From the IMG/VR virus record IMGVR_UViG_3300048623_000045, positions 1 to 60,067 of that record: a DNA stretch of 60,067 nucleotides. One strand, written 5' to 3'. The stretch is from a virus. Lineage: Duplodnaviria > Caudoviricetes. The notes beneath the pieces are model-generated. The model saw only the letters and a list, made by a program, of their open reading frames with translations, made no database searches and had not been told where the DNA came from. Positions 18,448 to 27,824 of this stretch are shown in pieces; the stretch's first letter is position 1, and every line of letters begins with the position of its first letter. Position numbers and translations under genes: made by a program.

Positions 18448-18644
18448 CCTACCTCGGACCGATCACGGCAGCGGGGGTCACGACCGTGGCGACGGAGATC
18501 CGGTGCCCGCTGTGCGGGGAGACGATCCCGATCCAGGTCTACTTCCTCTCCCCGGGCCCGGACACGAACGGGCTGTGGGACTCGGAGATCGACCACGGGT
18601 ACCTGAGCCAGCACATGCACGCTGAGCACGGGGCAGCTCGGTGA
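18444..18644 (+). CDS. Hypothetical Zn-finger protein
   Basis: CPLC...HMHAEH; GTGA overlaps. Confidence 0.5.
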   Translation: MTYLGPITAAGVTTVATEIRCPLCGETIPIQVYFLSPGPDTNGLWDSEIDHGYLSQHMHAEHGAAR

Positions 18645-19315
18645 CCCGCCCCGACGCGGCTGTGGTCCAGGCGCTGTACGGCGGATACGACACGCTCAAG
18701 CCCGTGATACCCCAGGAGGGGCTGGACGTGGACTGGGTGCTGGTCACCGATGACGCGTCGCTTCGGGGCAGCGCCCTGGGCTGGCGCGTGGTCCACCTTC
18801 CCCGGCCGGGCGTGCACCCCAACCGGGCGGCGAAGGCCCCGAAGCTGTTCCCGTGGGAATACACCGACGCGTCGTCGTCCGTGTGGCTGGACGCGTCCTT
18901 CCGCGTCACCTCCCCGGACTTCGTGTCCGGCGCCCTGGCGTGCACGTCCGTCTTCGACCCGGTCGCCCAGTTCGTGCACCCTTGGCGGGACTGCATCTTC
19001 ACCGAGGCGGAGGAGTCGGCGAAGCTGGCCAAGTACGCGGGGGAGGACTTCGGCCCGCAGGTCAAGGACGCCCGGGAACTGGGTCATCCGGACCACTGGG
19101 GTCTGTGGGCCACGGGGGTGATAACCCGGCGCCACGATGACGACCGGGTGATCGACCTGGGCGACGACTGGTCGGACCTGATCGACCGGTTCACGTTCCA
19201 GGACCAGGTATCGCAGCCGGTGGCGCTGCGCTCCTCTGTCCTGCGTCCGGCCCCGCTGCCCGGGACGCACTTCGCGAACCCGTGGCTGAACTACGAAGGA
19301 AGTGAGCGGCATTGA
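18641..19315 (+). CDS. Glycosyltransferase-like protein (DUF616/TOD1-MUCI70-like)
   Basis: GGYDTLK, VTDD, KLFP, WLDAS, HPWRDCIFTEA, QDQVS pattern. Confidence 0.7.
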   Translation: MTRPDAAVVQALYGGYDTLKPVIPQEGLDVDWVLVTDDASLRGSALGWRVVHLPRPGVHPNRAAKAPKLFPWEYTDASSSVWLDASFRVTSPDFVSGALACTSVFDPVAQFVHPWRDCIFTEAEESAKLAKYAGEDFGPQVKDARELGHPDHWGLWATGVITRRHDDDRVIDLGDDWSDLIDRFTFQDQVSQPVALRSSVLRPAPLPGTHFANPWLNYEGSERH

Positions 19316-19746
19316 ACATCGAGATCGGCGGGGGAACGCTGGCCCCGCCCGGCTGGACCAACCTGGACCCGGTGCACGGTACCGAGGGGTGGAAGTGGAA
19401 GGCCCAGGACAAGTCCTGGCCGGCCGCTGACGGGTCCGTGCACGGCATCCTGGCCAGTCACGTGATGGAGCACATCCCGGCCGCTGGGCCCCGGCTCTTC
19501 GTCATGAACGAGGCGCACCGGGTGCTCCGGCCCGGGGGCGTGTTCACGGTGCGGGTACCCAACGCGGCGGTTGGTTGGCACGCGTACGCGGACCCGACGC
19601 ACGTCAGCTTCTGGGTGCTGGAGTCCTTCCACTACTTCGACGGTCTCAAGGCCGCGCACGCGGACTACGGCATCCGTCCGTGGACCACCCTGGATCTGAC
19701 GATCCAGGGGGACAACGAGATCATGTGGCGGGGGACGCCGCGATGA
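19312..19746 (+). CDS. Class I SAM-dependent methyltransferase
   Basis: IEIGGG, SHVMEHI, EAHRVLRPGG, DPTH. Confidence 0.85.
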   Translation: MNIEIGGGTLAPPGWTNLDPVHGTEGWKWKAQDKSWPAADGSVHGILASHVMEHIPAAGPRLFVMNEAHRVLRPGGVFTVRVPNAAVGWHAYADPTHVSFWVLESFHYFDGLKAAHADYGIRPWTTLDLTIQGDNEIMWRGTPR

Positions 19747-20363
19747 CCCTGCGCCCCGGGGTGACCGCGGTCATTCCCTTCCACGCGGCCCGGGAGCGCA
19801 ACGGGATGCTGGAGCGGGCCGCGGCCTCGGTGCGGGCGCAGACGTACCCCACGGAACTGGTGCTGGCCCGGGACGTGCACGCCGCGGGCGCCGCGGTCAC
19901 CCGCAACCACGGGATGGCGGAGGTGGAGACCGAGTGGACCGCGTTCCTGGACAGTGACGACACCATGGACCCGGACCACATCGAGTCCCTGGTGGACTGC
20001 GCGCGAGAGACGGGGGCGGACTACGTGTACCCCTGGTTCCGGGTCGTGGGCGGGTCCGATCCGTTCCCGATGTTCTTCGGCCGTCCGTGGGACGACGCGG
20101 ACCCGCACCAGGTCCCGATCACGATCCTGGTACGCACCGGGCTGGCCCGGCTGGTGGGGTTCGCCAACCCGCCCGGGTGGGAGCGGGGCGGAGAGGACTG
20201 GGCGTTCACCCTGGGCTGTGTGGCTGCCGGCGCCACGATCGTGCACCTGCCTAAACGATCTTGGACCTGGTGCCACCACGGCCGCAACAGCTCCGGTACG
20301 CCGGGTGTCGGGGACGCCGGGCCGCAGCCCGTGGCCCGGCGCCGGGCGCAGCGTCGTCGTTGA
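19743..20363 (+). CDS. Glycosyltransferase family 2
   Basis: TAVIP, SVRAQT, RNHG, AFLDSDD, GEDW. Confidence 0.85.
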   Translation: MTLRPGVTAVIPFHAARERNGMLERAAASVRAQTYPTELVLARDVHAAGAAVTRNHGMAEVETEWTAFLDSDDTMDPDHIESLVDCARETGADYVYPWFRVVGGSDPFPMFFGRPWDDADPHQVPITILVRTGLARLVGFANPPGWERGGEDWAFTLGCVAAGATIVHLPKRSWTWCHHGRNSSGTPGVGDAGPQPVARRRAQRRR

Positions 20364-20381
20364 GTCGGGCACACTCAACCC

Positions 20382-21752
20382 ATGACCGAGACCGACCGCG
20401 CAGCCGTGGGGCGTGCAGCAGCAGCAGCCCTCGCCGCGCGGTTCGCGTCCCCGAAGTGGACCCCGCTGCCCCACCAGGTCCCGCCCCCGGGGGACTGGTA
20501 CGGGTGGCTGCTGCTGGCTGGGCGCGGCGCCGGCAAGACGGACGCCTGCGCGTCGTACATGACCGAGCACGTGAACGGTCCCGCCTGCCTGCCCGGACCG
20601 GTCCCGCACTGGATGGGCATTATCGGCCCGACCCAGGGCGACGCGGTCACGTCCTGCGTCAACGGCCCCTCCGGGCTCAAGGCGCACGACCCCGGGGCCA
20701 GGCTGGTGACCACGGCCGGCGGGACCGTGGTCCGTTGGCCGAACGGGGCCGAGGCGAAGATCTTCGGTGCGCATACCCCGGAAGAGGCGGAGCGGCTCCG
20801 TGCGGGTTCGAACAGGTGTTTGATCTGGGCGGAGGAATTGGCCGCGTGGCGCCATCTGGACGACTGCTGGGACCACATGCGGTTCGGTCTGCGCGCCGGT
20901 CCCCGGCCGCACTGGGTGGGTTCCACGACCCCTAAGCCTAAGCCGCTGATCAAGAAGCTGGCAGCCGGCGAGATCCGGAACGTGGAGCTGACCACAGGCA
21001 TCACGACGTACGACAACCCCCACCTTCCGCAGCACATCCGGGACGCGCTGGAGGAGACGTACGCGGGAACCCAGCTCGGGTCCCAGGAGCTGCTGGGCAA
21101 GATCATGGAAGAGGATGAGAACGCTCTGTGGACCCGGTCCATGATCGAGGCCGCGCGGGTGCTTCCGGACGCGGTGCCGGACCTGGTGAAGATCACCGTG
21201 GGGGTGGACCCTTCAGGTGGGGCCGGAGAACAGGGCATCGTGGTGGCCGGCAAGTCGGGTCTCGTATTGCCGGGCAACGGGGGGCGACCGCAGGCGCACG
21301 GGTACGTGCTGGACGACCGGACGTGCCACCTGTCCCCGGACGGCTGGGGCCGTCGCGCGGTCCAGGCCGCGATCGACTGGGAAGCCGATGAGATCGTGGC
21401 CGAGACGAACTACGGCGGGGCCATGTGCGTGGCTACGCTGCGCACCGCAGCCGACGCGCTCGGGGTCAGCATTCCGATCAAGACCGTTACGGCCACGCGG
21501 GGCAAGGCGGTCCGTGCGCAGCCCGTCAGCGCGCTGACCGCGCAGGGGCGCTGGCACCACGCGGGGACGTTCGAAGCTCTTGAGGACCAGCTCTGCACCT
21601 GGCACCCGGAGATCGGCTGGTCCCCGGACCGGCTCGACGCGATGGTCTGGACCACGTGGCAGATGAAGCTCGCGCACACCACCGGATCCGGCCAGGGTTC
21701 GTCCGGGGCGCAGGCCGCGCAGCAGAACATCGGCGGGGTACGGGTTCGTTAA
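20382..21752 (+). CDS. terL: Terminase large subunit
   Basis: AGRGAGKT, WAEE, STTP, VGVDPS, ETNYGG, SPDRLDA. Confidence 0.93.
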   Translation: MTETDRAAVGRAAAAALAARFASPKWTPLPHQVPPPGDWYGWLLLAGRGAGKTDACASYMTEHVNGPACLPGPVPHWMGIIGPTQGDAVTSCVNGPSGLKAHDPGARLVTTAGGTVVRWPNGAEAKIFGAHTPEEAERLRAGSNRCLIWAEELAAWRHLDDCWDHMRFGLRAGPRPHWVGSTTPKPKPLIKKLAAGEIRNVELTTGITTYDNPHLPQHIRDALEETYAGTQLGSQELLGKIMEEDENALWTRSMIEAARVLPDAVPDLVKITVGVDPSGGAGEQGIVVAGKSGLVLPGNGGRPQAHGYVLDDRTCHLSPDGWGRRAVQAAIDWEADEIVAETNYGGAMCVATLRTAADALGVSIPIKTVTATRGKAVRAQPVSALTAQGRWHHAGTFEALEDQLCTWHPEIGWSPDRLDAMVWTTWQMKLAHTTGSGQGSSGAQAAQQNIGGVRVR

Positions 21753-21793
21753 ACCGGTACGCTCACGTGCATGAACGACGGAAAGAGACGCAC

Positions 21794-22105
21794 GTGAGCG
21801 ACGCGCGATACACCCTGCTCCTGTCCCTGTGGCGGACCTTCATCCCGTACCTGGTCGGCTTCATCTGCGCGGCTGCCGCGCGGTGGGGACTGCACCTGGA
21901 CGAACAGTCGGTGGAAGCGGGGCTGGTGCTGGTCTTCGGCACCGTCTACTACGCCGCGTCCCGCTGGCTGGAGCAGAACAAGGGCAAGCGCTGGGGCTGG
22001 CTGCTCGGGTACGCCAAGCAGCCGCTGTACCGCAGGGGGCGTCACCGCGCCCCGGTCCCCATGCGGGAGCTGACCGAACGAAGTGAGACGACGGAGGACG
22101 CATGA
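21794..22105 (+). CDS. Small membrane protein (holin-like)
   Basis: Two TM segments, RTFIP...YYAASRWLE...GWLLG. Confidence 0.6.
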   Translation: MSDARYTLLLSLWRTFIPYLVGFICAAAARWGLHLDEQSVEAGLVLVFGTVYYAASRWLEQNKGKRWGWLLGYAKQPLYRRGRHRAPVPMRELTERSETTEDA

Positions 22106-22533
22106 ACAACCCCTGGTTCCTGCTGGCGGTCGTGTCGCTGGCCACCTTCATCCTGACCAAGCTGGTCGTGGACCTGGACTTCCCGCCCGTGCTGTGGCTC
22201 CGTGACCGGGTCGTGGGCGGGTGGCGACCGCTGACCCTGGCGGAGGCACAGAAGAGCCCCCTACCTGTGGTGCGGGAGGGCCAGATAGTGCATACGGCCT
22301 GGCTGGGTGCCATGACCCAGACCGAAGGGGTGTTGGAGCGGGAAGTGATACGGACCCCGTGGATCCCGCTGTTCTTCTCCGAGCTGATGAGCTGCCCGTG
22401 GTGCACCAGCGGCTGGCTGTCGGCCGGTGTGACGGGCGGGACGTGGCTCATCGCCGGACTGCCCGTGCCGGTCCTGATGTGGCTCGGTTCGTGGGCGCTC
22501 GGGGCCTTGATGGCGCAGCACGATTATGCTTAA
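22102..22533 (+). CDS. DUF1360-like membrane protein
   Basis: LVVD.DFPP...ELMSCPWCTSGW. Confidence 0.7.
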   Translation: MNNPWFLLAVVSLATFILTKLVVDLDFPPVLWLRDRVVGGWRPLTLAEAQKSPLPVVREGQIVHTAWLGAMTQTEGVLEREVIRTPWIPLFFSELMSCPWCTSGWLSAGVTGGTWLIAGLPVPVLMWLGSWALGALMAQHDYA

Positions 22534-22556
22534 CTAGGGTGGCTGAAACCCCCTGA

Positions 22557-22591
22557 GAGACCCCCGGAGATCCCCAAGTCCCGGGGGTCTC
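22557..22591 (+). terminator. Stem-loop before the portal gene
   Basis: gagacccccgg / ccgggggtctc. Confidence 0.45.
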
Positions 22592-22654
22592 GGGCTGTCC
22601 GCCTCCGCTTCGCTGGCTACAGTGAGACCGTCGCAGCGATTCGGGAGGCGCCTC

Positions 22655-24439
22655 ATGCCGTGGTGGACGTTCGGTCTGGGACGTACCCCCCAGCTCCCGC
22701 GTGCGGAGATCACAGCCGCGTACCAGCGGGCGCACGCCCCGCAGGCGCTGACCTCCGCAGCGGTGGAGGTGGACGCCCCGCGCTCCGATCTGCTGCGTAC
22801 CACCGAGACGTGGCAGCAGGAGGTGTGGCGGTATTACGACACCCTGGGCGAGTTCAACTACGCGGTGTCCTGGCTGTCCGCGATGCTGTCCCGCGTCCGC
22901 CTGTACGCGGCCGAGCTGGTGCCCGGCCAGGACGAACCGGTGCGGCTGGACGACAACCACCCCGCAGTGGACGTGATGAACAAGCTGGCCGGCGGAGTGG
23001 CCGGACAGACCGCCCTGATGGCCAGCCTGGCGGTGCAGCTCGCGGTTCCGGGTGAGGGGTACTTGGTCGGGGAGACCCGGCAGGGCGCGGAGCGCTGGTC
23101 GGTGCGGTCGGTGGACGAAGTCCAGGCCCGGCACAAGCAGTGGCAGGTCAAAGACGAGAACGCGCCCAACTCCGACCAGTGGCGCGATGTGGTCGGGGGC
23201 CATGTGTTCCGGGTGTGGCGCCCGCACAAGCGCTGGTACCACCTGGCGGACTCCTCTTCCCGCTCCGCCCGTGCGACGATGCGGGAACTGGAGCTGGTCA
23301 ACCGGCACATTCTGGCGCAGTACCTGTCCCGGCTGGCCTCCGCCGGTATCTGGTTCCTGCCCAACGAGGTGGACTTCCCCGTACGGGAGGAGTTCGCCGA
23401 CATGCCCAACCCGATCATGTCGGAGGTCGTGGAACTGGCGCGGCTGGCGATCGCGGAACCGGGTACCGCGTCCGCCGTGATCCCGCTGCTGATGCAGATG
23501 CCGGGTGAGTGGATCAAGGACATGGCCAACTCCCATGTCGATTTTACGATGAAGATCGATGAGAAGATCATCGAAAAGCGGGACAGCGCTATCAAGCGCC
23601 TGGCCACCCAGGTGAACATCCCGGCCGAAGTGCTGCTCGGCATGGGCGACGTGAACCACTGGGGCGCCTGGCAGATCGAAGAGGGCGCCCTGAAGACGAC
23701 GATCGCCCCGGACGCCGAACTCATCGCGAACGCGGTCACCACTGCCTACCTCCAGCCCCGGCTGGCAGCCGGCGGAGAGCAGGACACGGGCCGGTTCGTG
23801 GTCTGGTACGACATGTCCGAGCTGACCCAGCGCCCGGACCGCAGTGACGACGCGGTGCTGCTGTACGACCGGCAGGAACTGTCCGGCGACGCACTGCGCC
23901 GGGAGACCGGGTTCGACGAAGCGGACAAGCCGACCGGCGCGGACCTGCTGGACCAGGCCCTGAAGCTGGTCCTGCGTACGCTCCCGGACGCCGCCCTGAC
24001 CGCGCTGCGGGAACTGACCGGGGCAACGCTGGAGACTCCTTCCGTGGCCGCGCCCCCAGTGCCGGCTCCTGCCCCGGACGCCGCACCGGTTCCCGTGCCC
24101 GTTACCGGACCGCCCAACGGGAACGAAGCGGCCCCGGTGCCCGACGTGGGGCTGGCCGCGCAGGCGCGCGCAGAGCGGCTCATCCGGCAGGCGCGAGCTG
24201 TGCACGCGGTCCGCTTCGGGATGGCCGGGTGGGAGCTGCTGCACCCGGCCGCGTGCGACCAGCACACGTACTCCTGCCCGTTCACCCAGGGCGCGCTGTC
24301 CCTGAAGTCCATGGCCTACCCCGGGACGCCGGGGCTGTACGAATGCACCCTGGACGCGTTCGGCCGGTTCCGGGTCGGTGACCGGGCCCCGCACAAGGAT
24401 GTGTCCGGTCACAGGGTCACCCGGAGCGTGACCCTGTGA
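22655..24439 (+). CDS. Portal protein
   Basis: WQQEVWRYYD..GE, SRVRLY, VPGE, NHWGAW; position after terL. Confidence 0.85.
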   Translation: MPWWTFGLGRTPQLPRAEITAAYQRAHAPQALTSAAVEVDAPRSDLLRTTETWQQEVWRYYDTLGEFNYAVSWLSAMLSRVRLYAAELVPGQDEPVRLDDNHPAVDVMNKLAGGVAGQTALMASLAVQLAVPGEGYLVGETRQGAERWSVRSVDEVQARHKQWQVKDENAPNSDQWRDVVGGHVFRVWRPHKRWYHLADSSSRSARATMRELELVNRHILAQYLSRLASAGIWFLPNEVDFPVREEFADMPNPIMSEVVELARLAIAEPGTASAVIPLLMQMPGEWIKDMANSHVDFTMKIDEKIIEKRDSAIKRLATQVNIPAEVLLGMGDVNHWGAWQIEEGALKTTIAPDAELIANAVTTAYLQPRLAAGGEQDTGRFVVWYDMSELTQRPDRSDDAVLLYDRQELSGDALRRETGFDEADKPTGADLLDQALKLVLRTLPDAALTALRELTGATLETPSVAAPPVPAPAPDAAPVPVPVTGPPNGNEAAPVPDVGLAAQARAERLIRQARAVHAVRFGMAGWELLHPAACDQHTYSCPFTQGALSLKSMAYPGTPGLYECTLDAFGRFRVGDRAPHKDVSGHRVTRSVTL

Positions 24440-27400
24440 CGCCGCTCCCGTTCCACCTCCGGGGCCGGCATGTGCAGCACGCGCACGGCCATCGCACGGT
24501 GGAGCTGGCGGACGGGGAGCACCTGGGCTGCGGGATGATCGCGCTCATGCCGACCGAGGCGGACGCCAAGCGGCTCAAGCTGGCCGGGGGCGAGAGCGCG
24601 GCCGATCTGCACGTGACGTTGTTCTTCCTGGGCTGCGACATGGAGCAGTTCGCTCAGGACGACCGGGTCTCACTGACCAACCGGGTCATGGACGCGATGA
24701 CCGAGGCTGGGCCGACCACGGTGACCGGGAACGTCTTCGGCGTCAGCCACTGGAACGGCAACGGTGAAGACCCGTGCTGGGTGCTGACGGTCGGGGACGC
24801 ACCGGCTGAGACCCGGGGCGAGACCGGATCGAAGCTGGAGACGGTACGGGAACTGATCGGTTCCGCCCTGGACCTGAGCCAGTTCCCGGAACCGCACAGT
24901 CCATTTGCACCCCATATCTGCATGGCGTACACCGCTGACCTGTCCCTGGCCAAGGAACTCCAGAAGAGGCTGGGACCGGTGGAGTTCGACCGGGTACGGG
25001 TCGCCTTCGGCGGGGACTACACGGACATCCCGCTGTCCGGTGCGCTGACCGCTGCCGCGGCCCCGCTGCGCCGGAACCTCACCTCCACAGAGCTGGCCGC
25101 TCACACCGACTTCGAGCGGATGCAGTCCACCTGGGAATCGGCCGTGGACGCGGTGCTGAAGGATCTGGAGCCGGTGTTCAAGGCCCAGCAGGCGGACATC
25201 GTGGGACAGGTCTCCGTCGCCGCGAAGGCGGACGACCTGGCTGCCCTGGACTCCGTCGCGGTGGACGAACAGGCCGCGTACGAAGTGCTGGCGCCCGCTC
25301 TACTGGCCGCTGCGCAGCAGGCAGCGGAGGCGCAGCAGCGGGAGGCGGAGGACCAGGGCGTCACGGTCCCGGACTGGAGTCTCACCTCCGACACGGTCAC
25401 CGCTGCTGCGGGCCGGGACCTGCTGGACCAGGTGGCCCGGGTCACCGCCCGGCTCATGGCCACGTCCCTGGTGCAGAGCGCGGTGCGCACGGCGCTGCGC
25501 CTGTTCGGCCACGGCAACGCGCCGGGCGCGGTGACCGCCGGGGTCCAGCAGCACCTGGACGATCTGACCGACGCCCAGCCCCGGGAGTCCGTGGGCGGGG
25601 CCGTGACCCAGGCCCAGGCGGAAGGCAGGCGCACCGTTCTCGCGGTCGCTCCAACGGGCCGGTACTTCGCCAGCGAGGTGCTGGACCGGAACACCTGCAA
25701 GCCATGCCGGGACATTGATGGCACGGAGTACGCATCCCTGGCAGCGTCCCTTGTGGCGTACCCGTCCGGAGGGTACCGGCGGTGCCTGGGCGGATCGCGG
25801 TGCCACGGGACCATCGTTACCGTGTGGAACCAGCCGGCCGGTGCGACCGCTTCGGCAGCCGTGGACGAAGGAGTGAGCATGGCCTACGAAGTGACCCAGG
25901 ACCGGCCCGAGTGCTCGGGGGACACCCCGGTCGCGGTGGTCAACACCATGGACGACAGCCTGTGCGGCTGCTACGCCACACCCGAGGAAGCGGCGCAGGC
26001 GGTGGACCAGATGAACAGCGGCGACATGCCTCCGGAGTCCATGGACTACGCGGCGCAGAACGTCTACGGGGCGGAACTGGGACCCGCTTCGGAGGACGGA
26101 TCCACCGCTCCCTGGACCGGGCCGCTGGCAGTGGAGGGGATCGTCACCGGGGACGGCCGGGAGTTCGCCCCGGACGCGCTCACGTGGGCGGACCTTCCGG
26201 TTCCGCTGCGGTGGAACAAGGAGGACAGCCACGGGGGTGAACCGCATACCGTGGCGGTGAACGTGGGCCGGATCGACAAGATCTGGCGCGACGGGTCCAA
26301 GATCATGGGATCCGGGGTGCTGAACCTGGCGGTGCCGGACGGGCAGACCGCGTACGACCTGATCAAGGGCAAGTTCCTGCGGGGCGTCTCCATTGACGCG
26401 GACTCCATCACCGATGCGGACGTGGAGCTGGTCTGGCCCGCAGAGGATGGGGCCGTGGCCGCTGAGGACGATCCTCTGGCCGCGCTGTTCGGGGGACCGC
26501 CGCCCGAGAAGATGATCTTCCATGCGGGCCGGATCCGGGCGGCCACGCTGGTGGACATCCCCGCATTCGCCGAAGCGTACGTGGCGCTCACCGACGACAA
26601 CGGCGCCGTGGTGGCCGGAGGCGAGCCGTACACGTTCGCGGCCGTGGCGGTCCACCACACGGCAACTTCCGATGCGTCCTGGGACGCCGGGGCGAACGAG
26701 AAGCGGCTTCCCTCCCCGCTGACCCTGGCGCAGGCGCGCGCCGCGTACGCCTGGACCGACGACAGCGCCGTGGACGCCGGGGAGATCCCCAAGACCGGGT
26801 GCAAGTTCATCCACCACGAGGTCAACGCGGACGGCTCCGCCGGCCCGGCCAACCTGGCCGCGTGCTCCGCCACGATCGCGGTCCTGCACGGCGGGCGCGG
26901 GGGCACCACGATCCCGACGGCGGACGAACGCGGGGTGTACGACCACGTGGCCGCGCACCTGAAGGACGCGGGGAAGGTCCCGGCGCCGTTCGCGGCCGAC
27001 GACGCGGTCACGGCCGGGGCCATGGCGGAGATGGCGGACTTCCGGCCGCACCCGTCCCGGTTCGCGGACCCGAAGCTGGCCGGGTACACCGGGGTGGTCA
27101 TCACGGACGACGGGTACCTGTACGGGCATATCGCGCCGTGGAACGCCTGCCACATCGGCTACGACGGGCAGTGCGTCACCGCCCCGCGCGAGGACACGCA
27201 CGACCACTACATGACCGGTGAGGTGGTGTGCTCCGACGGGTCCCGGGCCGCGGTCGGGCAGATCACGATCGGAACCGGCCACGCGTCGCTGTACGTCGGG
27301 GCGCGCCCGGCAGCGGAGCACTACGACAACACCGGCACCGCGGTGGCCGATGTGGCGGTCGGCAACGACAAGCACGGGATCTGGCTGGCCGGGCAGATCC

Positions 27401-27693
27401 GGCCCGGCGCCGATCCGTCTGCGGTGTTCGCCCTGCGGGCTGCGGGCCGGGTCAGCGGGGACTGGCGCAACATCGGCGGGAAGCTGCGCCTGGTGGCGCT
27501 GCTCGGGGTGAACACGGCCGGGTTCCTCGAATCGGACCTGCGGACCCGGGCGCGGGTGGCCGGAGGCCAGCCCATGGCGCTGGTAGCGGCGGGGGCGACC
27601 GCTCCCGTCTGGCATCCTGAGGGCATGGACATCGCCAGGGCGTACAAGCTGATCATGGATCAGACCCTCGCCCGGTTCACCGAGGGGAGGTGA
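24436..27693 (+). CDS. Multidomain head protein: 2H-phosphoesterase + MuF-like + capsid maturation protease
   Basis: LHVTLFFLG and PHICMAY; LDRNTCKPC...CLGGSRCHG; EGIVTGDGR...GVSID...ATLVDIPAF. Confidence 0.78.
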   Translation: MTPLPFHLRGRHVQHAHGHRTVELADGEHLGCGMIALMPTEADAKRLKLAGGESAADLHVTLFFLGCDMEQFAQDDRVSLTNRVMDAMTEAGPTTVTGNVFGVSHWNGNGEDPCWVLTVGDAPAETRGETGSKLETVRELIGSALDLSQFPEPHSPFAPHICMAYTADLSLAKELQKRLGPVEFDRVRVAFGGDYTDIPLSGALTAAAAPLRRNLTSTELAAHTDFERMQSTWESAVDAVLKDLEPVFKAQQADIVGQVSVAAKADDLAALDSVAVDEQAAYEVLAPALLAAAQQAAEAQQREAEDQGVTVPDWSLTSDTVTAAAGRDLLDQVARVTARLMATSLVQSAVRTALRLFGHGNAPGAVTAGVQQHLDDLTDAQPRESVGGAVTQAQAEGRRTVLAVAPTGRYFASEVLDRNTCKPCRDIDGTEYASLAASLVAYPSGGYRRCLGGSRCHGTIVTVWNQPAGATASAAVDEGVSMAYEVTQDRPECSGDTPVAVVNTMDDSLCGCYATPEEAAQAVDQMNSGDMPPESMDYAAQNVYGAELGPASEDGSTAPWTGPLAVEGIVTGDGREFAPDALTWADLPVPLRWNKEDSHGGEPHTVAVNVGRIDKIWRDGSKIMGSGVLNLAVPDGQTAYDLIKGKFLRGVSIDADSITDADVELVWPAEDGAVAAEDDPLAALFGGPPPEKMIFHAGRIRAATLVDIPAFAEAYVALTDDNGAVVAGGEPYTFAAVAVHHTATSDASWDAGANEKRLPSPLTLAQARAAYAWTDDSAVDAGEIPKTGCKFIHHEVNADGSAGPANLAACSATIAVLHGGRGGTTIPTADERGVYDHVAAHLKDAGKVPAPFAADDAVTAGAMAEMADFRPHPSRFADPKLAGYTGVVITDDGYLYGHIAPWNACHIGYDGQCVTAPREDTHDHYMTGEVVCSDGSRAAVGQITIGTGHASLYVGARPAAEHYDNTGTAVADVAVGNDKHGIWLAGQIRPGADPSAVFALRAAGRVSGDWRNIGGKLRLVALLGVNTAGFLESDLRTRARVAGGQPMALVAAGATAPVWHPEGMDIARAYKLIMDQTLARFTEGR

Positions 27694-27701
27694 CGGAACC
27701 C

Positions 27702-27764
27702 ATGTGCGCATGCGGCAAGCGGAAGGCCAAGCCTGTGGTCGCTCCCCCGCCTCCGACCACCTGA
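27702..27764 (+). CDS. Small peptide MCACGKRKAKPVVAPPPPTT
   Basis: Strong GGAGGTGA RBS; CxC-basic peptide after the protease gene. Confidence 0.55.
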   Translation: MCACGKRKAKPVVAPPPPTT

Positions 27765-27782
27765 CCACGTACCGTCACAGCG

Positions 27783-27815
27783 ACAGCCCCCGGGAACTGG
27801 GTCCACGGGGGCTGT
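27783..27815. terminator. Stem-loop between convergent genes
   Basis: acagcccccg / cgggggctgt. Confidence 0.55.
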
Positions 27816-27824
27816 TCCACGCCC

